Position numbers and translations under genes: made by a program | In this document: piece by piece, positions 1 to 10,159 of the stretch | How the letters are laid out: each line of letters begins with the position of its first letter | Numbering within the stretch: position 1 is the stretch's first letter | Notes under the pieces: model-generated | The model's input: only the letters and a program-made list of their open reading frames with translations | What the model was told of the DNA's origin: nothing | Databases searched by the model: none | Assembly: GCA_039195135.1 (NCBI GenBank) | Contig: JBCCVP010000002.1 | Coordinates: forward strand, 11,841-75,840 | Direction of reading: 5' to 3' | DNA: 64,000 bases | Source: Pseudomonadota bacterium | Lineage (GTDB): Bacteria; Pseudomonadota; Gammaproteobacteria; Xanthomonadales; SZUA-38

Positions 1-124
1 CGTTAACGCCCTCCTGACCCGCCTTGCATCTGCCGCACCTTAACCCCGTCCCACTTTTGTTTTTCTGATCCACCAGTGATGAAATCGCTTCACCGTAGGA
101 TCCACCACTGCTGAGTACGTAGCG

Positions 125-724
125 ATGAACTGGACCGAAATTGCCTCCGCAGCGGTAACGCTGTTTCTGATCATGGACCCCCTTGGCAACGTTCCGGTGT
201 TTAACGCCGTGATCGCCAAGGTGGAACCGACAAAGCGCCTGCCGGTTATCGCCCGGGAGCTGGCGATTGCGCTGGCGCTCCTGATGGGGTTCCTGTTTGC
301 CGGCAATGCGATTCTGGCCTTCCTTGGGCTGTCCCAGTCGTCGCTGAATATCGCCGGCGGGATTTTGCTGTTTATCATCTCGCTGCGGATGATTTTTCCC
401 GGCCGCCACACGGCGGACGACGACGAGACGGACGATCCGTTCATTGTTCCCCTGGCCGTGCCGCTGATCGCCGGCCCTTCCACCATCGCCGTATTACTCC
501 TGCTCAGCTCCAACCAGCCGGAGCAGCTCAGCCAGTGGGCGATTGCGTTGCTGCTGGCCTGGCTGGGCACGACGGTGCTGCTGGTGGCGTCGCCTCAGAT
601 CCTGGCCCTCATCGGCCAGCGCGGCTCCCGGGCCCTGGAACGGCTCATGGGCATGATCCTTGTGATCCTCGCCACTCAGATGCTGCTCAACGGCATACGT
701 GACTTTATCGAGAGCCTGCCTTGA
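125..724 (+). CDS. MarC family (UPF0056) integral membrane protein
   Basis: ATG at 125, TGA at 722-724. The 199-aa polytopic protein starts MNWTEIASAAVTLFLIMDPLGNVPVF, which is typical of the MarC/UPF0056 family. Confidence 0.85.
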   Translation: MNWTEIASAAVTLFLIMDPLGNVPVFNAVIAKVEPTKRLPVIARELAIALALLMGFLFAGNAILAFLGLSQSSLNIAGGILLFIISLRMIFPGRHTADDDETDDPFIVPLAVPLIAGPSTIAVLLLLSSNQPEQLSQWAIALLLAWLGTTVLLVASPQILALIGQRGSRALERLMGMILVILATQMLLNGIRDFIESLP

Positions 725-842
725 GCAGCGCCTATGCCCAGCGATACATCTGGGATATATCTGGGATAGCAAAATCGATCTGGCTCAGCGGCGGCAGCTG
801 TTCCACACTGGTCAGCCCTTGCTCTCACCTTCAGGAGCTTTT

Positions 843-2354
843 ATGAGCACCTCCGCCACCGGCGCATTTTCTGTGCAGACCGAAACCGAAACTTTTCTGG
901 CCAAACCCGATCGTCAGCTGCTGATCGACAACCAGTGGCGCGCAGCGGCGGGGGACAAGTTTCCCTCCCTCAACCCGGCCAACAACGAACCGCTGGCGCA
1001 GATTCCGGAGGCGGTGCAGGCGGATGTGGACGCGGCCGTGGGCGCCGCCCGCAGCGCCCTCAAGTCGCCGGGCTGGCGCGGACTGACCGGCGCTGACCGG
1101 GCCAATCTGCTCTGGCGGCTGGCAGACCTGATGGAGGCCAGCATCGACTCCCTGGCAGAGCTGGAAACGCTGGATCAGGGCAAGCCGCTGGGCGTGGGCC
1201 GCTGGGCGGAGATTCCCGGTGCCATCGCGCAGTTTCGGTTTTTTGCCGGACAGTGCACGCGTCTGGAGGGGCAGACCATCCCCACATCGATCAATTACCA
1301 GCCGGAAGGTAAGCGCATGCTGGCCTACACCCGGAAACAGCCCGTGGGCGTGGTCGCAGCCATCATCCCCTGGAACTCGCCGCTGATCATGGCCGCCATG
1401 AAGCTTGCGCCGGCCCTGGCTGCCGGCTGCACGGTGGTGCTCAAGCCGGCGGAGGACACCTCCCTGACCGCCCTGCGGCTGGGCGAACTGATCCTCGAAG
1501 CGGGATTCCCGCCGGGGGTGGTGAACATCGTTACGGGCCGGGGCGAGGTTACCGGCGTGGCGCTGGCGGAGCATCCCGACGTGGACAAGGTGGCGTTTAC
1601 CGGCTCCACCGAGGTGGGCCGCCACATCCTCGCGGCTTCCGCGTCCAATATGAAGCGGGTCACGCTGGAGCTCGGCGGCAAATCGCCGGTGATTATCCTG
1701 CCAGACGCAGATCTTGAGCCCGCCATCGCCGGCGCCGCCAACGCGATCTTTTTCAACGGCGGCCAGGTCTGTGTGGCCGGCTCCCGACTTTATGCCCACC
1801 GCAGCGTGTACGAGCAGGTGGTCGACGGGGTCACCCAGGCGGCGCGAGCGATGACTCTGGGCCCGGGTCTGGATCCGCAGACGCAGTGCGGCCCGCTGGT
1901 CAGCGATCACCACGCCAACCGGGTCATGGGTTATGTGGAGGCGGGCCGCGCCGACGGCGCGCAGATCCGCTGCGGCGGCGCCCGGGCTGAGCAGCCCGGT
2001 GCTTTCGTTGAGCCTACCGTGATGACGGACGTCTCGCCGGAGATGAGCGTGTGCCGCGACGAGATCTTCGGCCCGGTGCTGGTGTGCAGCCCGTTTGACG
2101 AGATCGACGAGGTGGTTACCTGGGCCAACGACAGCCAGTACGGGCTGGCGGCCAGCGTGTGGACCGAAAATCTGAGCACTGCCCACCAGCTGGAAGAAGA
2201 TCTGGAAGCCGGCACCGTCTGGATCAACTGCCACTCCATGTTTGATGCCGCGCTGCCGATCGGCGGGCTCAAACAGTCCGGCTGGGGCCGGGAAAGCGGC
2301 CAGCAGGCGGTCGACAACTATCTGGAACTGAAAACCGTCTGCGCGGTGGTCTGA
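843..2354 (+). CDS. NAD(P)+-dependent aldehyde dehydrogenase
   Basis: Start re-called to ATG 843, preceded by tcaggag. The track ORF from 699 has a non-homologous N-terminal extension. ALDH motifs present: PWNSPL, VTLELGGKSP, FFNGGQVCVAGSR (catalytic Cys), EIFGPV. Confidence 0.9.
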   Translation: MSTSATGAFSVQTETETFLAKPDRQLLIDNQWRAAAGDKFPSLNPANNEPLAQIPEAVQADVDAAVGAARSALKSPGWRGLTGADRANLLWRLADLMEASIDSLAELETLDQGKPLGVGRWAEIPGAIAQFRFFAGQCTRLEGQTIPTSINYQPEGKRMLAYTRKQPVGVVAAIIPWNSPLIMAAMKLAPALAAGCTVVLKPAEDTSLTALRLGELILEAGFPPGVVNIVTGRGEVTGVALAEHPDVDKVAFTGSTEVGRHILAASASNMKRVTLELGGKSPVIILPDADLEPAIAGAANAIFFNGGQVCVAGSRLYAHRSVYEQVVDGVTQAARAMTLGPGLDPQTQCGPLVSDHHANRVMGYVEAGRADGAQIRCGGARAEQPGAFVEPTVMTDVSPEMSVCRDEIFGPVLVCSPFDEIDEVVTWANDSQYGLAASVWTENLSTAHQLEEDLEAGTVWINCHSMFDAALPIGGLKQSGWGRESGQQAVDNYLELKTVCAVV

Positions 2355-2711
2355 TTAGCTGGAAGCCTGGGCCTGTGGGCCGAGATATCGCCTGGCGACC
2401 GCGCCTAGCGCAAGGACCGCATTGAACCCCAGAAATCCCGCCGTCGTGGTGAGGATGACGGCCCACATGCGGTCGTATTCCAGCGCGGTGGGGCCGAGCC
2501 AGAAAACAAGGGCCAGCCACAACCCGGTCGCCGCAAGCACCACCCCGAGGTCAAGTCCGCGCCGCGGCTGCTGACGCCCGGACCACAGGTACAAAGCGGC
2601 CCAGCCGATCTGCACCGGCAGAAGGAACAGCTGCGCGAACCACACCGCCGTCATCGGCAGGGGCTGTTCAATTGGGAAAGGGGCGTCGCCATCGGCGCGT
2701 ACTTTACCCAA
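2355..2711 (-). CDS. hypothetical small membrane protein (3-4 predicted TM helices)
   Basis: ORF lies convergent and directly abutting the ALDH stop, with hydrophobic helices. The start is uncertain: TTG at 2711 or ATG at 2654. No recognisable family. Confidence 0.45.
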   Translation of the reverse strand: MGKVRADGDAPFPIEQPLPMTAVWFAQLFLLPVQIGWAALYLWSGRQQPRRGLDLGVVLAATGLWLALVFWLGPTALEYDRMWAVILTTTAGFLGFNAVLALGAVARRYLGPQAQASS

Positions 2712-2893
2712 AAACGCGGCTCCCGCGCCGAACGGTCTTCCGCCGGGACGCTGGGCGGATTCGCCAACAGTTGGTCAAGCGGCGATCACTTCGCCCCTGA
2801 AGCCGCGCTAAGTGTTTGATTTATAAAGCCACCAGGCGATGGTATAACTCTTGCTTTCTGAGCAGGAGGATATGACCGATCGGAACCCGCGCC

Positions 2894-3409
2894 ATGAATA
2901 GAAAAGACGCCAAAAAACGCATCAAGGACCTGAAAGGCTTTTACGCTCACCTGACGGCCTACGCTTCGGTCAACCTGTTCCTGATGGCGGTCAATCTCAT
3001 CACCGGATCCGATTTCTGGTGGTTCGTGTTTCCGCTGCTGGGCTGGGGTATCGGACTGGCGATTCATGCCGCCACCGTTTTCTGGATCGGGCGCGAATGG
3101 GAAGCGCGCAAGATGGAAGAGCTTACCGGTCTGAAAACCACCCGGGATGAGCTGGAAAAACTGTCCGAGCGCACCGAGACGCTGGTGACCATCATGTCCA
3201 GCGTGGACTGGGAGAAAATTGATCCCAGCCTTCAGGGTACCCGGGAAAACCTCGAAAATGCGCGGCGGCGCATCGCCGAGCTCAAAGCGAACGGCGACGC
3301 CGGCAGCCAGGCGGAGGTCGCCCGGGAAATTGAGAAGCTGGAGGCGTTTGTCACCAGCTCCCGGTTCGACTTCTACGACCGGGTCGCCGCGGACCCAAAA
3401 CCCAACTGA
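2894..3409 (+). CDS. 2TM domain-containing protein with C-terminal coiled-coil
   Basis: N-terminus KDLKGFYAHLTAYASVNLFLMAVNLITGSDFWWFVFPLLGWGIGLAIHA matches the 2TM-domain pattern. The C-terminal half is charged and helical. Confidence 0.75.
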   Translation: MNRKDAKKRIKDLKGFYAHLTAYASVNLFLMAVNLITGSDFWWFVFPLLGWGIGLAIHAATVFWIGREWEARKMEELTGLKTTRDELEKLSERTETLVTIMSSVDWEKIDPSLQGTRENLENARRRIAELKANGDAGSQAEVAREIEKLEAFVTSSRFDFYDRVAADPKPN

Positions 3410-3421
3410 CCCTGGGCCCGG

Positions 3422-4258
3422 TCAGGGGCGGCAGCTGTTGCTGTCCTTAAGCGGCGGTTCGGCAGCGAACCCGTCGATCGCCGCCAGCCAGTTGCGCTGC
3501 ATCAGATCCAATACTTTGCGGCCCTTTTCCGCTGTGGCCAACGTTGGATCGCCGCGAATGCCGGCCTGCCGCTCCCCTGCCTCGTTGGTCCCGGGCAGCA
3601 GGCCGGGACGGTAGCCCGGATAGTCCTTTGGAGGACTCCCCAGCGCCGTTTCCGCCCGGTCCATCTTCACAAGATCCGGCTGCAGCACCAGATTGACCGA
3701 TGTTTCCGTCTCATCCCCGTGGCCTCCCCAGGGCTGCTCCGCGATAGCGTCCGCTTCCGCCGTTTCCAGATCATCCCAGGACACTACCAGGGTAGCGACG
3801 CCGCACTGGGCACGGATTTCCCGGGCGGCGATAGCAATCGGCAGGCCCGTCGCTCGCGTGATGCCGGTATTCAAAAACACAATTCGCTGCGCGCCGCTCG
3901 CCACCAGCGATTTGGCGGCGAGAAAGACGTACTCGTGAAACACGGCCGGATCTTCGATCTCGGTGCTCGGAAAATTGCGAAATGCGGGAAACCAGCCGTA
4001 GAGAATGGGCGGCGCCGCGATCACGTCCCGCTCGCGCACCGCATAATCCACCAGATGCTCCATCAGCACCCGGTCCGCGTTCAGCGGCAGATGCCGCCCA
4101 TGCTCCTTGGCGCCGCCGGCAAACGGCAGCACCACCACGGGGGTAGCGGCCAGGCGCTTTTCCGCCTCGGGCCAGGTGAGGTCCCCCAGATAAACGCCTT
4201 GCGCCCAGCCGGGTCCACACAGGCACCCCAGCAGCAACCACGGCAAACACTGTCTCAT
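3422..4258 (-). CDS. creatininase-family amidohydrolase with N-terminal signal peptide
   Basis: ATG at 4258 with ggaga RBS. Signal-like N-terminus MRQCLPWLLLGCLCGPGWAQG. Family motifs: LPFAGGAKEHGRHLPL, VFLNTG, GGHGDETETS. Confidence 0.8.
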   Translation of the reverse strand: MRQCLPWLLLGCLCGPGWAQGVYLGDLTWPEAEKRLAATPVVVLPFAGGAKEHGRHLPLNADRVLMEHLVDYAVRERDVIAAPPILYGWFPAFRNFPSTEIEDPAVFHEYVFLAAKSLVASGAQRIVFLNTGITRATGLPIAIAAREIRAQCGVATLVVSWDDLETAEADAIAEQPWGGHGDETETSVNLVLQPDLVKMDRAETALGSPPKDYPGYRPGLLPGTNEAGERQAGIRGDPTLATAEKGRKVLDLMQRNWLAAIDGFAAEPPLKDSNSCRP

Positions 4259-4288
4259 GAGCTTCTCCAGGCCAATGTCGGACCCATC

Positions 4289-4753
4289 TCAGTCGAGGCT
4301 CAGTTTGAAGCCTTCGTGGCTCGCTGTGAAACCCAGGGCCTCGTAGAACTCGGCCGCGTCACCGCGCCTTTTGTCACTGGTCAACTGCACCAGACCACAG
4401 CCGCGCTGGCGGCTGTGCTCGATAGCCCACTCGAGCAGCCGCCGCCCCAGACCCTGGCCGCGCTGCTGCCGGGCGATGCGCACGCTCTCGATCTGGCTGC
4501 GCCACATGCCCCGGCGGGACAGTCCGGGGATAAAGGTCAGCTGAAGGCAGCCCACCAGCTCGGCGCCCGCGGCCAGCACCACAAGCTGCTGCTGCGGGTC
4601 CCGGGTGATGGTGTCAAAGGCGTCGACGTACGCCTGCGGGATCGGATCAGCGGGCTGTTCCCGCATTTTTCCCAGCGGGTCGTCCGCGAGCAGTTTCAGC
4701 AGCGCCAGCAAATCGCTGCGCTCGGCGGCCCGTATCGTATAGCCCGAATTCAT
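4289..4753 (-). CDS. GNAT family N-acetyltransferase
   Basis: 154 aa. Acetyl-CoA binding motif RQQRGQGLGRRLLEWAIE and a typical GNAT length. Confidence 0.85.
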   Translation of the reverse strand: MNSGYTIRAAERSDLLALLKLLADDPLGKMREQPADPIPQAYVDAFDTITRDPQQQLVVLAAGAELVGCLQLTFIPGLSRRGMWRSQIESVRIARQQRGQGLGRRLLEWAIEHSRQRGCGLVQLTSDKRRGDAAEFYEALGFTASHEGFKLSLD

Positions 4754-4770
4754 CAGGTCCCGCCGAAAGG

Positions 4771-5928
4771 CTAAACCAGAGCCGGCGGCTCCCAGCTGAA
4801 CAGCCGGTCCGCCTGCATGGCCCGGTCGCCCCGGAAGTTGTCCGGCGAGGGCTTTTCGTTGGCAAAACGCTCGCCGGCCCGCCGGGAGTCCAGGAGCACC
4901 CAGTTGGCGCGCTCTACCCGGGCTTTCGCGTACTGCTCATAGGCATCCGCTACGCTCGTTTGCTCAGTGAGCGCCGCTGCCAGAACCGCCGCGTCTTCCA
5001 GCGCCATGGAGGCGCCCTGCCCCAGAAATGGGAGCATGGGGTGCGCAGCATCTCCCAGCAGCGCCACCGCGCCGCGGGCCCAGCGGGTGATGGGTTCCCG
5101 GTCAAACAGGGCCCATTTGAACAGCTGGTCCCCCGGGATGGCTTCCACCACCGTTCGCGCGTCGCCCTGGTAGGTGGAAAACGCGGCCCGCACCTCGCTC
5201 GGATCGGCCCGGTCCCGCCAGCCTTCCTGGGTCCATTCACTGTCACCGGCAAACAGCGCCACGTTGAGCAGCCCCTCTCCCCGGATGGGGTAGCAGGCCA
5301 TGTTGCGCTGGGGACCGACCCAGATGCGCGAGCGGGGTTCAGCAAAATGGGCCGGCAGCCGGTCCATCGGCACCAGCGCCCGCCAGGCCACGTAGCCGGT
5401 GAAGCGGGCCTTATCGGGACCGGCAACGTAGGGCCGCACCACCGACCGCAGCCCGTCAGCGGCGAGCACCGCGTCCGCCCGGTACTCGCTGCCGTCCTCG
5501 CAGCGGGCGACCGCGCCGGCGTCCGCCTCGCGGATGTCGGTGAGTCGTTTGCCCGTGTGGATGGCCTCCTGGTCCACCTGCGCAAGCAGCAGGTCCAGCA
5601 GGTCAGCGCGGTGCAGCTGGTGGTAGTAGTCGCCGTAGCGGGTACGTACTGCTTCGCCGAACGACGTCGTGTTCAGCAGCTCGCCGCTCGCCCCGCTCCG
5701 TACTTGCCCGTTCTCCGGCTTGCTGGAGACTGAGTCCAGCGGCACCGCCAGCGCCCGCAGCACCTTCGCCGCGTTGGGCGCGATGGAGATGCCGGCGCCC
5801 ACCTCCGAGAGTTCCGGCGCCTGCTCCAGCACCTCTACGGAAAAGCCCGCGCGCTGCAGCGCCAGCGTGGCGGTCAGACCGGCCAGGCCGGCGCCCACCA
5901 CCAGCACGGAAGTCGTCACATCGGTCAA
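4771..5928 (-). CDS. FAD-dependent monooxygenase (salicylate/aromatic hydroxylase-like)
   Basis: Dinucleotide-binding VLVVGAGLAGL. Motifs DGLRSVVR and GDAAHPMLPFLGQGASMALEDA. Apparent TTG start at 5928 overlaps the upstream stop (TTGA); an alternative GTG lies at 5919. Confidence 0.88.
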   Translation of the reverse strand: MTDVTTSVLVVGAGLAGLTATLALQRAGFSVEVLEQAPELSEVGAGISIAPNAAKVLRALAVPLDSVSSKPENGQVRSGASGELLNTTSFGEAVRTRYGDYYHQLHRADLLDLLLAQVDQEAIHTGKRLTDIREADAGAVARCEDGSEYRADAVLAADGLRSVVRPYVAGPDKARFTGYVAWRALVPMDRLPAHFAEPRSRIWVGPQRNMACYPIRGEGLLNVALFAGDSEWTQEGWRDRADPSEVRAAFSTYQGDARTVVEAIPGDQLFKWALFDREPITRWARGAVALLGDAAHPMLPFLGQGASMALEDAAVLAAALTEQTSVADAYEQYAKARVERANWVLLDSRRAGERFANEKPSPDNFRGDRAMQADRLFSWEPPALV

Positions 5929-7517
5929 CCGGCCGTCGGGGGCAGGCCCAGGGCGCCAGGATTCATCAGGCCCTGCGGATCCAACGCTGACTTAAGCGCC
6001 TGCACCAGTGCCTGGGCGGGCGGCTGGAGCTGCTCGAAGTAGGGATACGCCTTGCCCAGCTGAAAGTGGGTGGCGCCGTGGGACCGGTACAGCGCTATCA
6101 GGTCCTGGCGGAACCGCTCCACCACGTCCCGGGCCTCCGGGTTGTCGTCATACGTGGGCAGATTGGCCAGGTAGTCCGCATCCACCACGCGCTGGTGATA
6201 CGGCGACTGGGCATCCGGCCAGTAGATCGCCACCTCGTAAAGGAAACTGTTCGGCCCGACCGCTTCGAACATAGCCCCGACCCAGATCTTGAGCCGATCA
6301 AAGTCGGCCTGGAAGCGCTCGAGGAGCTCATCGTAGGCCACGTGAAACTTGAGCACATCGTCATGCGGCAGGAACCCGTGGAGCGGCGCCCAGCGTTCAC
6401 CGTGGGGACCAAGCACGTTATACAGCGGCGCAAACGGCAGACCGCGCACCACCGCCGGCACCGTGTTGGGTGCTTCGCTGCCCAGCTCTGCCAGCAGCTC
6501 CCGCAGCAGGCGGGCCCGGGCTTTGGTTTCCGCCGGATCGGAGCCGTCGATAATGAAGTGGCAAAGATATTCCGCCTCCTTCAGCGCCCGATCTCCGGCG
6601 ATGCCCATCTTGGCGAGCTGTTTCAGCCCGCCCGCCAGGGAACTGGCGTTTTTGATCACCGAAACGGCTACCTCGGTTTTGCGGCCGGCCCGCTCCTCCC
6701 GCGCCAGCTGGCCCTGGGACAGGGCCGCGTCCACCGCAAAGTGTTCGTCGTCCAGGCCGTGCAGGGAGGCGATGCGCATCGCCGCGTGCAGCGCGGCAAA
6801 GTGCGGGAAGGCAAACGACAGGGCTTCGAAGTGCTCGAAGCGGCGCTGCAGCGGCAGCGTGACCCTCGCTTTGACGCCCAGCGTGCCGCAGTCGCCGGTA
6901 AACAAGCCGGTGAGATCCGGTCCAAAGTGCCGGAAGAATGGCTTACCCCCGGTGGCCGCCGAGCCGGTGCTGATCAGCTCACCATGGCCGGTGACCACGT
7001 CGAGGCTCACCACCGATCCGGCGGACGCGCCGTAGGCGCCGGTACCGTGGCTGATAGCGTGCTGGCTGACGGAACCGGCAACGGTGGCGGCCAGCCCGGA
7101 AAAGGGGCCAAAAAAGGGCGTTCGCAGCCCGAGCGGATCCAGCGCCTCTTTCAGTTCCGCCCACGTGACGCCGGCCTCGACGGTGACCAGGTTGTTCGTT
7201 TCGTCCACGTTGATGTGCTTCAGCGCGGAGGTATCCACCAGCAGCGTGCCAGGACGGGTCGCCAGGTAGCCGTCGGTGTAGGACGCGCCGCCGCCGCGCA
7301 CCACGATCGGGCTACCCGTCCGTACCGCGGTCTGGACGCAGGCCACGAGGTCGTCGACCGTGGCGGGCCGCACGACCGCTGAAGGCCGCTCGCCGCTGCG
7401 ATACACATCGTGGGTTAGAAAGGTGATATCCGAATCGTCCAGCACCAATACGTGCGTGCCGGGGCTGTGTTGCAAGGCGTCCGAGAGAGCCTGCGTTTCG
7501 CTCAGGGCGGTGGCCAT
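5925..7517 (-). CDS. FAD-binding (PCMH-type, FAD-linked) oxidase
   Basis: Start re-called to ATG 7517, preceded by aaggaga. Motif IVVRGGGASYTDG and the overall length fit FAD-linked oxidases. Confidence 0.85.
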   Translation of the reverse strand: MATALSETQALSDALQHSPGTHVLVLDDSDITFLTHDVYRSGERPSAVVRPATVDDLVACVQTAVRTGSPIVVRGGGASYTDGYLATRPGTLLVDTSALKHINVDETNNLVTVEAGVTWAELKEALDPLGLRTPFFGPFSGLAATVAGSVSQHAISHGTGAYGASAGSVVSLDVVTGHGELISTGSAATGGKPFFRHFGPDLTGLFTGDCGTLGVKARVTLPLQRRFEHFEALSFAFPHFAALHAAMRIASLHGLDDEHFAVDAALSQGQLAREERAGRKTEVAVSVIKNASSLAGGLKQLAKMGIAGDRALKEAEYLCHFIIDGSDPAETKARARLLRELLAELGSEAPNTVPAVVRGLPFAPLYNVLGPHGERWAPLHGFLPHDDVLKFHVAYDELLERFQADFDRLKIWVGAMFEAVGPNSFLYEVAIYWPDAQSPYHQRVVDADYLANLPTYDDNPEARDVVERFRQDLIALYRSHGATHFQLGKAYPYFEQLQPPAQALVQALKSALDPQGLMNPGALGLPPTAG

Positions 7518-7632
7518 GGGGTGAGTCTCCTTGGATGGTCTGGCGGACCTGTTCCCAGAGGCTACCAACCCCTCGGCAGATCGCCAATCTTAATTGGGGA
7601 AAGCTGCTTGTGTGCTTTTGGAAACCGCCACT

Positions 7633-8064
7633 TCACAGCCACGCCGCAAGCCACCGAAACAGGCCAAAACCCACCAGCACAATCGCCACCACAAAAAGGA
7701 GCGGCAGCAGAGCGCCGGCCCAGCGCTGGAGGCGCGGCTCCGGCGAACGCTGCTGCCGGCTTTCCAGCGCCTGAATCACGAGGGTGAGGTTGCGCCGGTT
7801 GGCGCGATAGGCCACGTCCAGAATATCGCCCAGTACCGGCACGAGACCCACCAGCGCGTCGAGCCCAATATTGCCGAGCATGCGGGCCCGGGTGGCAAGC
7901 GGCAGGTGCACCGCGTAGGACTGCCAGAAGATCACCAGGCTGAGCACGGTACCGGCGGCGTCGCCCACCCCCGGCACCAGCCCGATGAGACCATCCAGCC
8001 CAAAGCGCCACCTGGTGCCGGGGATGCGCAGGGACTGATCCAGCAGCCAGGACAGGCGACGCAT
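7633..8064 (-). CDS. DUF4112 domain-containing membrane protein
   Basis: LDQSLRIPGTRWRFGLDGLIGLVPGVGDAAG and VPVLGDILDVAYRANRRN are the characteristic DUF4112 pattern. Confidence 0.8.
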   Translation of the reverse strand: MRRLSWLLDQSLRIPGTRWRFGLDGLIGLVPGVGDAAGTVLSLVIFWQSYAVHLPLATRARMLGNIGLDALVGLVPVLGDILDVAYRANRRNLTLVIQALESRQQRSPEPRLQRWAGALLPLLFVVAIVLVGFGLFRWLAAWL

Positions 8065-8147
8065 CCGGGACAGGGCGCGGCGCTGCTGCTCACTGAGGCC
8101 GGGGAGCTCCGATCCAGCGTCAGGCAGGCGTGGCAGCTTCTGGCCCC

Positions 8148-10067
8148 TCAGGGAGAAAACGGGTCATCCGGAATCTCAAAGCTGTCGTCAAACAAACCGC
8201 CTTTCCTCGCCACCTGAATGTCGACGGTAATGCCAAAGCCCGGGGTCGTGGTGGGCACCACCACGGGGTCAGCTTCCCACTGCTCCGAAACCACGTTCAG
8301 GGTCATTTCCTCAAAATCGGTGACCAGGATCTGGTAGCGGCCGGTGCCGGGGGCAGAAAACCCGGCCGAGTTTTCGTCTCCGATCACAAAAACGCCGCCC
8401 ACGGGCAGGCTGCTGCTCGCCTCCGTGACCTCACCGGAAATGCGGATACCCGGCGCACAGACGACGGTATCCGGCCCCACCCCATCAATGCGGTAGCGCA
8501 GCGGTTCCGACGGATCAATGGCCTGCTCCGGACAGTTGCGGATCCGGGCGAAAGCGTCCCGCAGCCCCGGGACAAACAGCGGGCCCGGCTGGCCACATTG
8601 GCCCAGGGTCATTGACGGCGGGGTATTGGGCACCACAAGGGCCTCCTGCGGGTAGATTTCGATCAGCGGCTGAAACCGGGAATCGTCTGAGCGAAACATC
8701 AGGCCTTCGACAAACACGCTGCTCCAGTCGTTGTCGACATCGCAGGGCACACCGCCGTAGATCCAGTCTTCATCCGTGCTGGTGTCAAACGTTCGGAAAA
8801 ATCCGTCGGAGCCCTCCGTGCCCAGGTCCGCCCGCAGCGGCCGGTTATCGTTTTCAAACCGATCCTGCGCCACCGGCCGCAGGCGCGAAAGCTTCTCGAG
8901 CTCGTTTAGCTCCAGATAGCTGTTAAACACCCGGATGCGCGCCCATTCCCCGGATGGCGTTTGCCGCCCGCCGGTCACCAGGTCATCGACAAAAAAGCGT
9001 AGCTCCGAATCGGCACCGACCAGCGCCCGCTCATCATCATCAAAAAACCGGAACTGTTCCGCATCATCTATAACGCCGGTCAGCTGAAACCTCGAGCGCT
9101 GAATCACCAGCTGAACCCAGGTATCGACAGGAATGACGCCAAAATCTCCGGCCGCCACGTCGACAAAGTTCAAGCCGCCGTCAAAAACATACAGGCCTAG
9201 ATCGCTGCGGCCGGCATTCAGATCAAGCATCTTCTGTAAACCGCGCACGCTGTCCAGCTTGACCAGCATCACAACGGTATAGCTGATCCCGGTCAGCAGA
9301 TTTTCGACGTCCAGTGTCAGGCCGCCTCCCATCGGGTGGGTGGTCACCCGACGACCATCAATCATCGCGCTGCTGGTCTGCGCCAGCCCGAACCCCTGCA
9401 GAACGGGCGCGCCTGGAATGAGGCTCTCCCCGTTGTTTCCCGCCACATACTCCGCCACCAGATTTGGCGAGGGGTTTAGAAATGCGGCGATGAAGGCCGC
9501 ATTATCATCCCCAAGCTGCGGACTGATGATGCCGGCGGCCGGGTCGCTGCACTGGCTGTCGGTGAGCGGCGCGCCGGCCGGATAGTCGTCTTCGCCGGGG
9601 ATAGCGCTGACCACCAGGGTCGCGCATTCCGAAAAGACGATATACGCCGTCTCATCGAACGGCACGGCGACCGGATCAAAGTTGTAGCGGCAGGCATCGC
9701 CGGTCGGAAACGTGCCGCAAAACTCAAGCGGGGCCTGGGCCAGGGCACCGTTCCCGGTGGCGGCGTCCGCCGCGGCAGGAATCTCTGTGTAGACCAGCAG
9801 CTGGCCGGGCGGTGTTGTGCCGGTCGCCACGCGCAGCTCAATGAAATCGAGCACCGCCTGCCCCGCCACGGTGACCGGCTTGAACTCCGGCACCTGCACC
9901 GCCTGCGTTGGCGTGCGGCCATTTTGTGACGGTACCAGGGAAAAGCCGCGATACTCCGCGGTGCCGGCCGGCACCAGGGATGCAATCTCATAAGCCTGGG
10001 TGGGCCCGGCGAGTGCCAGCAACGCCAGCGCCACCCGGCGAACGTTAGCTTTGTGCCAAGCTGCCAT
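8148..10067 (-). CDS. secreted hypothetical protein (signal peptide; central LamG/ConA-like region; PPC-like segment)
   Basis: Signal peptide [18 protein letters not shown]. The central segment ([10 protein letters not shown]...[10 protein letters not shown]...LRFFVDD) resembles Laminin_G_3. [14 protein letters not shown]...DEDW resembles a pre-peptidase C-terminal domain. Domain calls were made by eye only. Confidence 0.7.
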   Translation of the reverse strand: MAAWHKANVRRVALALLALAGPTQAYEIASLVPAGTAEYRGFSLVPSQNGRTPTQAVQVPEFKPVTVAGQAVLDFIELRVATGTTPPGQLLVYTEIPAAADAATGNGALAQAPLEFCGTFPTGDACRYNFDPVAVPFDETAYIVFSECATLVVSAIPGEDDYPAGAPLTDSQCSDPAAGIISPQLGDDNAAFIAAFLNPSPNLVAEYVAGNNGESLIPGAPVLQGFGLAQTSSAMIDGRRVTTHPMGGGLTLDVENLLTGISYTVVMLVKLDSVRGLQKMLDLNAGRSDLGLYVFDGGLNFVDVAAGDFGVIPVDTWVQLVIQRSRFQLTGVIDDAEQFRFFDDDERALVGADSELRFFVDDLVTGGRQTPSGEWARIRVFNSYLELNELEKLSRLRPVAQDRFENDNRPLRADLGTEGSDGFFRTFDTSTDEDWIYGGVPCDVDNDWSSVFVEGLMFRSDDSRFQPLIEIYPQEALVVPNTPPSMTLGQCGQPGPLFVPGLRDAFARIRNCPEQAIDPSEPLRYRIDGVGPDTVVCAPGIRISGEVTEASSSLPVGGVFVIGDENSAGFSAPGTGRYQILVTDFEEMTLNVVSEQWEADPVVVPTTTPGFGITVDIQVARKGGLFDDSFEIPDDPFSP

Positions 10068-10159
10068 TCGCCAATTGTTCCCGGGTGCCGCCGCGCCGTC
10101 AAAAACGCCCGCCGGGGACGAGCGGCGCTACAATAGCCGCTTTAGTTAAAGCCCTCCCC

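Noticed and set aside
831-2234. 467-aa minus-strand ORF. Similar long antisense ORFs occur at 6066-7382, 10238-11305, 19310-20452, 21243-22313, 37454-38860, 45936-46835 and 47015-48238.
   Set aside because: All lie opposite genes with strong family motifs and have a biased Arg/Gly/His/Pro composition. I treated them as non-coding.
3406-3425. Inverted repeat CTGACC-N8-GGTCAG between the 2TM gene and the creatininase-family gene, superficially like a REP arm
   Set aside because: The stem is only 6 bp and lacks the full GGGTCAGACCC arm. No T-run follows. I did not count it as a member of the REP family or as a terminator.
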